Of a stretch of 63,688 bases of DNA, positions 55,749-63,688 are shown piece by piece. Within the stretch, counting starts at the first letter, position 1. Each line of letters begins with the position of its first letter. Position numbers and translations under genes: made by a program. This stretch comes from an uncultured Bacilli bacterium (GTDB lineage: Bacteria; Bacillota_I; Bacilli_A; RFN20; CAG-449): assembly GCA_947629415.1 (NCBI GenBank), contig CANRDP010000002.1, forward strand, positions 1-63,688, given 5' to 3'. The notes beneath the pieces are model-generated. The model saw only the letters and a program-made list of their open reading frames with translations, was not told the DNA's origin and ran no database searches.

Positions 55749-58748
55749 TTATTTCGTTTCTTTTCTCTTTTCGGAATCTTCTTTTAATAAACGTGCAACC
55801 AAAGTGCGGAATGTTTCCATTTCTATCGGTTTTGCCAAATGACCATTCATACCGGCATCCAAGGCATTACGAACATCTTCCGCAAAAGTATTCGCAGTCA
55901 TGGCAATAATCGGAATTGTTTTCGCTCGAGGATGATTTAAAGAACGAATTTCTCTTGTGGCATCATATCCATTCATCTTCGGCATTTGCACATCCATTAG
56001 AATCATATCATAATAATCGGGATCTTTACTTTGAAACATTTCCACTGCCTCAAGACCATTGGTTGCCAATTCACATTTAGCACCTTCCATAGCAAGCATT
56101 TCAGAAAGAATTTCAGCATTCAATTCGTTATCTTCCGCAACCAAAAAGAGTTTATCTTTTATAATTTCTTGTTGTGTATCTTTTTCTATTTTTTTCTTCA
56201 CTGAATCCTTGGATTCTTCCTTTAAAACGAGAGGTTTAATGGTATCCCAAAATACCGAAGTAAAGAAAGGTTTTGGCATAAAAGCATTGATTCCTGCTGC
56301 TTTAGCTTCTGCTTCAATTTCATCCCAATCATAGGAAGTTAAAACAAGAATGGGAATATGATCTCCTACCTTTTTGCGTATTTGACGAGCGGTTTCCACT
56401 CCATCCATATTCGGCATTTTCCAATCCAACAAGATAACATCGAAATCTTCTTTTTCCTGATGTGCTTTTTCTGCTTTTGCTACCGCTTCGGAACCTTCTA
56501 AAGCAATAGAAACTTCCACACCGGTATCCCGCATCATTTCTTTGATATTGAGACAAATATCTTCTTCATCATCGGTAACCAACATACGATTGATTTTTTG
56601 GCGATACCATTCTTCTTCTTTTTCCTCTTGCTCCGGAAGGCCGAAAGACATTTCCACAGTAAAGGTGCTGCCTACGCCTATTTCACTATCCAAAGTAATA
56701 ATTCCGCCCATTAAATCCACAAGATTTTTTGTGATGGCCATTCCTAAACCAGAACCTTGTACTGAATTTGTAACGGAATTTATTTCTCGGGCAAAAGGAT
56801 CAAACACATGTTCTTGGAATTCTTTACTCATACCTATTCCATTATCCTTAACTATAAAACGTAATTTCACATATTGAGGATTTTGTGAAGGTAATTGCGT
56901 AATGATAAATTCGATTTTTCCTTCATCTTTTGTATATTTAACGGCATTCGACAGCAAGTTAATCAAAATTTGATTGATTCTTAATTTATCCCCCATAATT
57001 TGTTCCGGAGGAGTTCCTTGTACGCGGGTAACAAAATTTTGTTTTTTTGCTTTTGCCTGAGGCATGATAATAATGTTCAGTTCCTCTAATAAGGAAGGTA
57101 AAGAAAATCGATGAATATTTAAAGATGTTTTTCCACTTTCGATTTTGCTCATATCCAACACATCATTAATCAAACTGAGCAAATGATTGCTTGAAGCCAT
57201 AATTTTATGTGTATATTCACGAACCTTTTCTTCATTACTGGCATCTTTTTCCAACAATACCGAAAATCCCACAATAGCATTCATCGGCGTACGAATATCA
57301 TGAGACATATTTGACAAAAAGTTACTTTTTGCCTCATTCGCACTTGTTGCAGCCGCCAAGACAGCTTCCATTTGTTGATTCATTTGCCGTTCTAATGTTC
57401 TGTCGGATAAAACAAACAAATATTTTTTAACATTCTCAAGCAAAACAGGATAAACCGTTAAACGATAGTTTCTTCTTTCTCCTGTTTTTTGATGACGATA
57501 ATCACATTCCCAATAACGATTGGAATTAAAAGGAATCGCTTCTAATTCTTCTTTTGAAATCACTACTTTTTTATTAATAGCAATTTGCTCTAATATTCGT
57601 AAGTTTTCTGTTGCTTCTTTTTCGGTTAAGCCCAGTAATCTTTCGATATTCGGACTAATATAATCAACACTTCGATTTTGATAATTCAATAAAATAAATA
57701 TATCATCTACGCTATTGGAAAGAACATCAAATAATTTTTCCCGAAAGCGGAATTCCATTCGATTTTTTCTAAGCGATTTATATGCATGAATTGCCATAAT
57801 AACGATAATCGTTACGCCGATTAAAACGGAAATAATAATCATGAATCTTGTCGTGGCATTTTGAATGGACAAAAATTCGGCACTTACGCTTTCCTGTGGA
57901 ATGGAACTAATTAAAAAATAATCCTGCTGACCGATAGAGCCATAAACTAAATAGCGATTGACCTCTTCGATATCAAATTCTTTTAAGCCAAAATTCGCAG
58001 TTTTCAAATCGTTCTGAATATCGGTTAAGTCTTTATCCGAAAGATTGGAATTGTTCTTTAAATATTGAAAGTAATTATTATCATATTTTTTCACATCAAA
58101 GGTCGAAACAAGAATTTTTCCGTTACTATGCCCGATGATACAACGTGAGTCTTTGGGAAGTATATCAACATTCAATTTTTTTACTATATCTTCATTATTA
58201 TACGATATGGCAATGGCATCGTATTCGAATTCTTTGTAAGAACTGTGCTTTGTAGGGATAGCAAAAATCGTCTTTTCTTTTGAATCGTTGAAAGTTTCAC
58301 TGACCAAAATCTTTTCTTTATCCTGTAATAATTTATTCCAATTATCTTCCAAAACAAAAGTGCCGGTTTGTTCCTCGATAGTAAAATATTCGTGATTTTC
58401 CGACAAAAAATAAAAATCCGTATATCCCCAGTTTTCTTTTTCTCTTTGAATATAACTATTTAAGGTTGATTCGTTTGATTGTCCATGTGTATCAAAATAC
58501 TCTTGATAGCTATCCAATATATTCCAGTTTTGATCCATTAAGTTTTGAAAGGAACGATTGACCTGACTATAAATTTCTTTTAATTGATTGGTACTATCAG
58601 AATATATTTTTTGCGTAATAAAATTAATATATCCGTTTCCAACAGCAATAACAATGCCCGCAACAAAAATACAAAGCAAGAAAGTTGGAAGAATTTTATT
58701 AATCCAATTTTCATTTGAGGGACTATTTTTTAACTTCTTTTTCCGCAT
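55749..58748 (-). CDS. hybrid sensor histidine kinase with two receiver domains
   Basis: 999 aa. TM1, an extracytoplasmic domain of about 270 aa, TM2, a PAS-like segment, HisKA (SHDIRTPMNAIVGF), HATPase (N box LLSNAVKYT; G boxes DNGIGM and GSGLGMAI), REC1 (LLDWKMPNMDG) and REC2 (LMDVQMPKMNG...KP). Confidence 0.9.
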   Translation of the reverse strand: MRKKKLKNSPSNENWINKILPTFLLCIFVAGIVIAVGNGYINFITQKIYSDSTNQLKEIYSQVNRSFQNLMDQNWNILDSYQEYFDTHGQSNESTLNSYIQREKENWGYTDFYFLSENHEYFTIEEQTGTFVLEDNWNKLLQDKEKILVSETFNDSKEKTIFAIPTKHSSYKEFEYDAIAISYNNEDIVKKLNVDILPKDSRCIIGHSNGKILVSTFDVKKYDNNYFQYLKNNSNLSDKDLTDIQNDLKTANFGLKEFDIEEVNRYLVYGSIGQQDYFLISSIPQESVSAEFLSIQNATTRFMIIISVLIGVTIIVIMAIHAYKSLRKNRMEFRFREKLFDVLSNSVDDIFILLNYQNRSVDYISPNIERLLGLTEKEATENLRILEQIAINKKVVISKEELEAIPFNSNRYWECDYRHQKTGERRNYRLTVYPVLLENVKKYLFVLSDRTLERQMNQQMEAVLAAATSANEAKSNFLSNMSHDIRTPMNAIVGFSVLLEKDASNEEKVREYTHKIMASSNHLLSLINDVLDMSKIESGKTSLNIHRFSLPSLLEELNIIIMPQAKAKKQNFVTRVQGTPPEQIMGDKLRINQILINLLSNAVKYTKDEGKIEFIITQLPSQNPQYVKLRFIVKDNGIGMSKEFQEHVFDPFAREINSVTNSVQGSGLGMAITKNLVDLMGGIITLDSEIGVGSTFTVEMSFGLPEQEEKEEEWYRQKINRMLVTDDEEDICLNIKEMMRDTGVEVSIALEGSEAVAKAEKAHQEKEDFDVILLDWKMPNMDGVETARQIRKKVGDHIPILVLTSYDWDEIEAEAKAAGINAFMPKPFFTSVFWDTIKPLVLKEESKDSVKKKIEKDTQQEIIKDKLFLVAEDNELNAEILSEMLAMEGAKCELATNGLEAVEMFQSKDPDYYDMILMDVQMPKMNGYDATREIRSLNHPRAKTIPIIAMTANTFAEDVRNALDAGMNGHLAKPIEMETFRTLVARLLKEDSEKRKETK

Positions 58749-58821
58749 AGGTTTATTGTATTATAACCGAAAGGAAAAATCAATGGAGAAGTCTTTTCTT
58801 ACTCTTCTCGACTTTAAGAAC

Positions 58822-58852
58822 AAAAAAACTAGATTGTGAGCATTCAATCTAG
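58822..58852 (-). terminator. rho-independent terminator of the cold-shock gene
   Basis: On the minus strand: CUAGAUUG, 8-nt loop, CAAUCUAG, followed by U7. It lies 14 nt after the stop. Confidence 0.7.
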
Positions 58853-58866
58853 CATTTTTATTTACT

Positions 58867-59070
58867 TTATACTCCTAATTTCACAACATTTTTTGCCTGT
58901 AATCCTCGTTCGGTTTCAGTCAAATCGAATTCCACCTGCTGCCCTTCTTCTAAAGAACGATATCCATCTTCCATAATCTGGGAATAATGAACGAAGATAT
59001 CCTCCCCTTGGCCGCGGTTAATGAATCCATAGCCTTTCTCGGCATTGAACCATTTCACTTTTCCTGTCAT
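58867..59070 (-). CDS. cold-shock protein (CspA family)
   Basis: 67 aa. RNP1/RNP2 motifs in [17 protein letters not shown]...DIFVHYS. Confidence 0.95.
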   Translation of the reverse strand: MTGKVKWFNAEKGYGFINRGQGEDIFVHYSQIMEDGYRSLEEGQQVEFDLTETERGLQAKNVVKLGV

Positions 59071-59157
59071 GCTGTACCACCTTCCTGCAGTTATAACTAC
59101 ATAAAAATTATAAAAAATCTATTGCTTTTCGCGTATGTTTTTCGTACATCAAATTCC

Positions 59158-59763
59158 TCATGAATTCGACAAGGTATATGCCATAGCGACAATATCGATT
59201 TTTTTCGGTTTTAAATCTTTCATAAGATGCAAACATCTTTGTAATGTACTTCCTGTGGTAATAATATCATCAACGATTAAAATCTTTTTATTTTGCAATG
59301 GAGGATCAAGACATCTTTGAATATTTTTTACGGATTCTTTCCTTTTTTCTTTGCTTAAATTTGCCTGTTTGAAATTTTCTTTTTTTTGCAAGCAATCCAA
59401 AAAAGGACGATTTAAAAAACGATACATTTCTTTTACATGAGAAAAGCCACGTTCTTCTTCGCTTTTTTTATAAGAAGGAACCGGTACAATCCAATAATCT
59501 CTATATTTTATTTTTAAATAAAAAGCATCATAGGCAAAGAAAACGGGAGCTAATGCAAAATCACGACATCCTTTATATTGATAAACAAGAGAAATCATAA
59601 AATCTTCGTAAGGATAAAAGGTTTGGATTGGTATGCCATCAATAAAAATTTTTTTTGGAGTACGATTCATCTTAAGAAAACAACGATGACAAATCGGAGG
59701 ATGAAAAAGAAGGGTATGTATACCCGTGATCAATATTTGTTCAAAGCAAATTAAACATCGCAT
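59158..59763 (-). CDS. comFC: ComF family phosphoribosyltransferase-like protein (ComFC)
   Basis: N-terminal Cys motifs (CLIC...CHRC) and the PRTase motif ILIVDDIITTGSTL. It overlaps the upstream comFA-like gene. Confidence 0.8.
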   Translation of the reverse strand: MRCLICFEQILITGIHTLLFHPPICHRCFLKMNRTPKKIFIDGIPIQTFYPYEDFMISLVYQYKGCRDFALAPVFFAYDAFYLKIKYRDYWIVPVPSYKKSEEERGFSHVKEMYRFLNRPFLDCLQKKENFKQANLSKEKRKESVKNIQRCLDPPLQNKKILIVDDIITTGSTLQRCLHLMKDLKPKKIDIVAMAYTLSNS

Positions 59764-60887
59764 TGATTTGCCTCCTGAATCTTTTTAATCGATTCCTTCA
59801 TTGCCAAAGTGATGGAATCCGAAAGATAATATACTTTACCTTCCGGAGCATCTATTTTTCTTCCCACACGTCCGGAAATTTGTACTAAAGTAGATGCATC
59901 AAACAAACTGTGATTTGCATGATATATAATTACTTGCAAATTTTTGATGGTCACACCTCTTTCTAAAATAGATGTTGTAACTAAATAATCCAATTGACCT
60001 TGTTTAAATTTTTCGATAATCTTTTCTCTTTCTTTCTTTTTGGAATGAACAACTGCGCCACAAGGAAAGAAAAAACGTAGAAAAGAAAATAATTTTTCCG
60101 CGTCCATAATGGTGGGACAAAAAAGAAAACAAGGTTTCTTTTCTTTTTGAAAAGCATGTAAAATTTTAAGAATTAACATTTTTTGAAAAAATAAAGAAAG
60201 TTTTATTTCCGGAACAGGCAAGGGATATCCATGATATCTTTTTGTTAATTCGAGATATATTCCATTGTTTTCAACAATTTTTCGAATCATTTCTTCTTGA
60301 GGAGTAGCCGACATTAAAATAAAATTTCCCTTCACTGATTGCTCGAAAAAATGATTTAATATTTCATTTTCATGATAAGGAAATGCATCAATTTCATCAA
60401 AAATCAATAAATCAAAATAAGATTTATACCGGTACAATTGATGTGAAGTTAAAATCAAAATATCTCCTTTTAATTGCTCATGATGACCTCCATATACTTT
60501 GTAGACCTTGGCACTTGGAAATGCTTCAGAAATTCGTGGATATAAATCCAAAACCACATCTTTTCTCGGAATAACAAAACCTACTTGCTTTTTTTTCGAT
60601 AAAACATTTTCCATTGCTTTATAAACTAACTCGGTTTTTCCGGCACCCGTGACGGCATATAAAAAAACATTTTGGTGATTTTGTATAGCAAAATCTATAT
60701 TATTCGATATTTTTTCTTGCTCAGGAGAAAGAGAAAAATCCAAATGCATTTTGCTAGGATGAATTTGAAAATTTTCTTCTGCTTTTTTTCCTTGAAAACG
60801 AATACATTTTCGACAATATATTTGTTTTTTTGCATTGTAAGCAAAATATCGTAAATCATTATTTCCGCAAATAGGACAAGTAATCAT
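59751..60887 (-). CDS. comFA: ComFA-like DEAD/DEAH-box helicase
   Basis: N-terminal zinc ribbon (CPICGN...CRKC), Walker A AVTGAGKTE, motif II FDEIDAF, SAT and a C-terminal QISGRVGR. Confidence 0.8.
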   Translation of the reverse strand: MITCPICGNNDLRYFAYNAKKQIYCRKCIRFQGKKAEENFQIHPSKMHLDFSLSPEQEKISNNIDFAIQNHQNVFLYAVTGAGKTELVYKAMENVLSKKKQVGFVIPRKDVVLDLYPRISEAFPSAKVYKVYGGHHEQLKGDILILTSHQLYRYKSYFDLLIFDEIDAFPYHENEILNHFFEQSVKGNFILMSATPQEEMIRKIVENNGIYLELTKRYHGYPLPVPEIKLSLFFQKMLILKILHAFQKEKKPCFLFCPTIMDAEKLFSFLRFFFPCGAVVHSKKKEREKIIEKFKQGQLDYLVTTSILERGVTIKNLQVIIYHANHSLFDASTLVQISGRVGRKIDAPEGKVYYLSDSITLAMKESIKKIQEANQCDV

Positions 60888-61056
60888 TATCTCCTCCTAC
60901 TTATACCATCCGCAAAAAAGAAAAAATTGTACAAAAAAAAATTCAATATGTGAAGTTCTCATACGCATGGTAAAAATATCTCATGAAAAACCGATGGAAA
61001 ATAAACTTCATGGAGATAAAAAAATTCATCCGAATATCTACATTGTTTTACAAAGT

Positions 61057-62349
61057 TTACAGAAGATCTTTTAACTTTCTTGCAAGATATAATGGAATAT
61101 TAGTAAACGCACCATCCTTGCGGTATCCGCGTTTGGAGAAGCGGATGGCATTCACTGAAGGATGTTCGGCAATATATTTTTTGAAAGATGGTGCGGATTT
61201 ATTTTCACCGCTTTTTACTTCTACGGGAATGATCTCCATTTCCTTCTGCAATACAAAGTCGATTTCTTTTGATTTGTCCGAATAATATCGTGGTTCCATA
61301 GAAAATTGTCCACGAAGCTGTTGCAAAACATAATTTTCGGTCAGTGAACCCTTGAACTGGTAGTCGGCTTTTAAAAGAATTGCATTGTTATCAATTCCTG
61401 CCATGTGTTTTAGAAGTCCCGTGTCAAATACAAACAATTTGAACTGATCCAGCTTATCAAATGCCGCAAGCGGATGTTCCATCTTTGAAACATTATAGAC
61501 ACGGTTGAGCATTCCGGCAGAAACAAGCCACTCAATGGCTTCTTCAAATTCTCGTGCTCGACCGCCTTCCCGAATAGCTCCGTACATGAACTTCTCGTTC
61601 GGCTTAGCAAGTTGAGAAACAATGCTTCGGAATACCATTAAAATACGTTCGCTATTAATTTTTCCATTGTGTTTGGAAAAATCGTTTTCGTATATCTCCA
61701 CCAGTTTCTGCTGTATTTTTGATATTTTCGCCGGGTCTTTATACTTGACCCATGATGCAACGCACTCCGGCATTCCGCCGATGATCAAATAATAGTTATA
61801 AGCATCGGTAAGTCGATTGTGAAAAATCTCTTCGATTTTCTGCCCCTTTTCTATGCTCTTATAGAAAGCATAGAGACCAGGATCTATGGTGTTTAGAAAT
61901 TCGTCAAAATTCAACGGGAAAACATCCAACAGATTCACCATGCCGACCGGATAGGTTTTCGGTTGTGCCAGTAATGTTCCGAGCAAACTTCCAGCTGCAA
62001 TCACATGATAATCGTTTGCTTTTTCTTTGAAATACTTCAACGCATTCAGCGCTTCGGGGCATTCCTGTATCTCATCAAAAATAATGAGTGTTTTTCCAGG
62101 CTGAATTTTACTCCCAGATATCATGGAGAGAAGTTCAATGATCCGTACAGGATTTTTGTTTTTTTCAAAAACAGATTTCAGTTCATCCTCTTCGTCAAAG
62201 TTAAAATAGACAAAATGATTATAGCATTTCTTCCCGAATTCCTTCATCAGCCAAGTTTTTCCGACTTGTCTAGCGCCGCGTAACACCATCGGCTTACGTT
62301 CAGAATCATGCTGCCATCTTTTCAGTTCTTCCATTGCATTTCGATTCAT
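61057..62349 (-). CDS. AAA+ ATPase of the AAA_14/DUF4143 family
   Basis: 430 aa. Walker A LRGARQVGKTW, Walker B LIIFDEIQ, and a C-terminal DUF4143-like part. RBS AAAAGGTGG. About 42% GC in two hand-counted 60-nt samples, versus about 30% in the neighbouring comFA. Confidence 0.85.
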   Translation of the reverse strand: MNRNAMEELKRWQHDSERKPMVLRGARQVGKTWLMKEFGKKCYNHFVYFNFDEEDELKSVFEKNKNPVRIIELLSMISGSKIQPGKTLIIFDEIQECPEALNALKYFKEKANDYHVIAAGSLLGTLLAQPKTYPVGMVNLLDVFPLNFDEFLNTIDPGLYAFYKSIEKGQKIEEIFHNRLTDAYNYYLIIGGMPECVASWVKYKDPAKISKIQQKLVEIYENDFSKHNGKINSERILMVFRSIVSQLAKPNEKFMYGAIREGGRAREFEEAIEWLVSAGMLNRVYNVSKMEHPLAAFDKLDQFKLFVFDTGLLKHMAGIDNNAILLKADYQFKGSLTENYVLQQLRGQFSMEPRYYSDKSKEIDFVLQKEMEIIPVEVKSGENKSAPSFKKYIAEHPSVNAIRFSKRGYRKDGAFTNIPLYLARKLKDLL

Positions 62350-62386
62350 AACAAACCACCTTTTCCGTTCTAACGCTCATAGTATA

Positions 62387-62431
62387 ACACATTTTTCTTT
62401 ATTTTTTAAGTTGTTTTTACACATTTTTCTT
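62387..62431. repeat. 13-bp direct repeat x2 (ACACATTTTTCTT), period 32 bp, in the ATPase upstream region
   Basis: Exact copies at 62387-62399 and 62419-62431. On the minus strand the proximal copy abuts a TGTTATACT extended -10-like element (62381-62389). Confidence 0.8.
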
Positions 62432-62658
62432 AAAATTATTGACAATTAAAATACATTTTTTCAATATTTGAGATAACTCAGCATAAACATTTCAAAAACA
62501 CAAATTCTTGCTCATTTTTCGGAAAATTTTTCTTTTCATTCACCTCTCAATTGACTTAACTGAATACAAAAACTCACACCGGAAACTTTAACCGCTTCTT
62601 TTTTGAAAAATAAGTTACAACAACTTGAAATATCCATCTAAATCCAAGCAACAAAAAA

Positions 62659-62685
62659 GAACAGACAATTTGAAATCGTCTGTCC
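62659..62685 (-). terminator. weak terminator-like hairpin downstream of the spoIIQ-like gene
   Basis: On the minus strand: GACAGAC, 11-nt loop, GUCUGU followed by a U-rich tract (CUUUUUUG). Only 6-7 bp of stem. Confidence 0.4.
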
Positions 62686-62754
62686 TCATCAAAGTAACAT
62701 GTCTACGCTGTAACCTTCTTATAAGAAGAAGTGCAATGAGCAACTTTTTTCTTT

Positions 62755-63438
62755 TTACAAATCTTTAATGGCTGTAGAATAGCATTTTTCAGGATTTTGA
62801 TTTTTACCATCTTTTAGAATTTCAAAATGTAAGGCGGATTTAAATTCTTCAGTATATTTGGAAGTACCGGAGGTTGCAATTTTTTCACCTTGTTTTACTT
62901 CGTCACCCTTATTTACATTCATTTCTCCTAAAGAGGCATAAAGCATTTGAACACCTGAGCGATGCTCAACCACTAAAACATTACCGAATTTCGGATCGGA
63001 TAATTTATCGATAACCGTTCCAGAAAGCGAAGCAATTACCGTAAATTCTCTTCCGTCATTATAAGCATAATCATTTCCGACACTCTTTGTATAAAGCGAA
63101 GTTTTTCCTTCTTCTTTTACAATGGATTTCAAACGAATTTCCTGAGAATCATTTGCATTATAGAAATAACGTTGCACTTCCGGATTTCCTTCATAAGGTC
63201 GAATAATTTCTTCTTCCATGACGTCTACAATCGGTGTAACAGAAGAAGTAAATGTCGAAGTGGATGAAGAAGTGGATGTATGAGAAGTCGTTTGTGAAAT
63301 GGAATTGCTACTTACCGAAATCTTTTGGTCGCTTCCGCTAGATAAAAGAAATGCGCTGGTAAAGATAACTACGGCTCCAAGACATAACGCTGCTCCTGCT
63401 TTTGCTTCGGTACTCATGTTTTTTAATGGATTTTTCAT
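62755..63438 (-). CDS. spoIIQ: SpoIIQ-like membrane-anchored degenerate LytM/M23 domain protein
   Basis: 227 aa. N-terminal TM anchor, Ser/Thr-rich linker and a LytM domain. FTVIASLSGTVIDKLSDPKFGNVLVVEHRSGVQMLYASLGEMNVNKGDEVKQGEKI...ALHFEILKDG closely parallels my recollection of B. subtilis SpoIIQ. The H of HxxxD is replaced by S (SVGND). Confidence 0.65.
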   Translation of the reverse strand: MKNPLKNMSTEAKAGAALCLGAVVIFTSAFLLSSGSDQKISVSSNSISQTTSHTSTSSSTSTFTSSVTPIVDVMEEEIIRPYEGNPEVQRYFYNANDSQEIRLKSIVKEEGKTSLYTKSVGNDYAYNDGREFTVIASLSGTVIDKLSDPKFGNVLVVEHRSGVQMLYASLGEMNVNKGDEVKQGEKIATSGTSKYTEEFKSALHFEILKDGKNQNPEKCYSTAIKDL

Positions 63439-63581
63439 AATTTATTTCACCTCACTACTCATCATTCCCAAAAGAAAAATTTCTATACAGTAAAATTGAA
63501 TTTATTTTTTAGATGAAAAAGATTCAAGATTTATTTCTTATGATAATATAAAAGTAGAGAAAAAAATTTGGAGGTAATGCT

Positions 63582-63688
63582 ATGACTTTTTTTCGATCTT
63601 TGAACTATGATGACAATGAATATTATGGTGAAACCGATTGGCGAAAAAGACCACATGGATTTGGCATTATTCGTTTTAAAAACGGAGA
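63582..63688 (+). CDS. MORN-repeat protein (5' partial, runs off the window)
   Basis: ATG 63582 after RBS GGAGGT. MTFFRSLNYDDNEYYGETDWRKRPHGFGIIRFKNG contains a Y-x-G-x...-HG-x-G MORN-type unit. Confidence 0.5.
   Translation, partial: MTFFRSLNYDDNEYYGETDWRKRPHGFGIIRFKNG

Noticed and set aside
1-63688. Mollicutes-type genetic code (UGA = Trp), given the low GC and lipoprotein-rich content
   Set aside because: TGA clearly terminates several well-defined genes at conserved C-termini (cmk, tmk, psuG), often in ATGA overlaps. Trp is encoded by TGG in conserved motifs, so the standard code 11 fits.

Overview
This is a 63.7-kb chromosomal window from a low-GC Firmicutes-type genome. Hand-sampled housekeeping stretches are about 30% GC. 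The standard genetic code applies, because TGA terminates cmk, tmk and psuG. I support about 52 CDS and saw no rRNA, tRNA or CRISPR array. All family calls come from reading motifs by eye; no searches were run. (1) The left ~13 kb (967-13440) looks accessory. It holds two gene relics (a MATE tail and a DUF4143-ATPase fragment). It also holds two bicistronic units encoding about 3000 aa of secreted proteins and lipoproteins. An intact 1.7-kb IS30-family element lies between those units, just upstream of the second unit's core promoter. The element has ~47-bp terminal inverted repeats and a 16-20-bp flanking direct repeat. A solo copy of the IS end lies upstream of the first unit. A G9/C9 homopolymer sits inside the first surface gene and is a candidate slipped-strand phase switch. 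This surface locus is my best candidate for an undescribed system. (2) The rest is mostly housekeeping with classical Firmicutes synteny: ferritin and ferredoxin; cmk-der-gpsA; two P-type ATPases; psuG; prfA-prmC-(SpoIIR-like)-tsaC-rpiB; dnaX-ybaB-recR-tmk-holB-ricT-rsmI; YfhO; gdpP-rplI-dnaB-yycJ-like-rlmH; a hybrid histidine kinase; csp; comFA-comFC; and a SpoIIQ-like gene. (3) The most unusual single gene is a 1270-aa DUF4011/Upf1-like helicase-nuclease homolog (31907-35719). Its Walker A and motif II are lost and its second RecA domain appears deleted, yet the ORF is intact. Other oddities are two GC-rich compositional outliers (a ferredoxin and a DUF4143 ATPase), an M50-like membrane protein lacking HExxH, and a strong terminator hairpin abutting the RBS of the Ca-ATPase gene.
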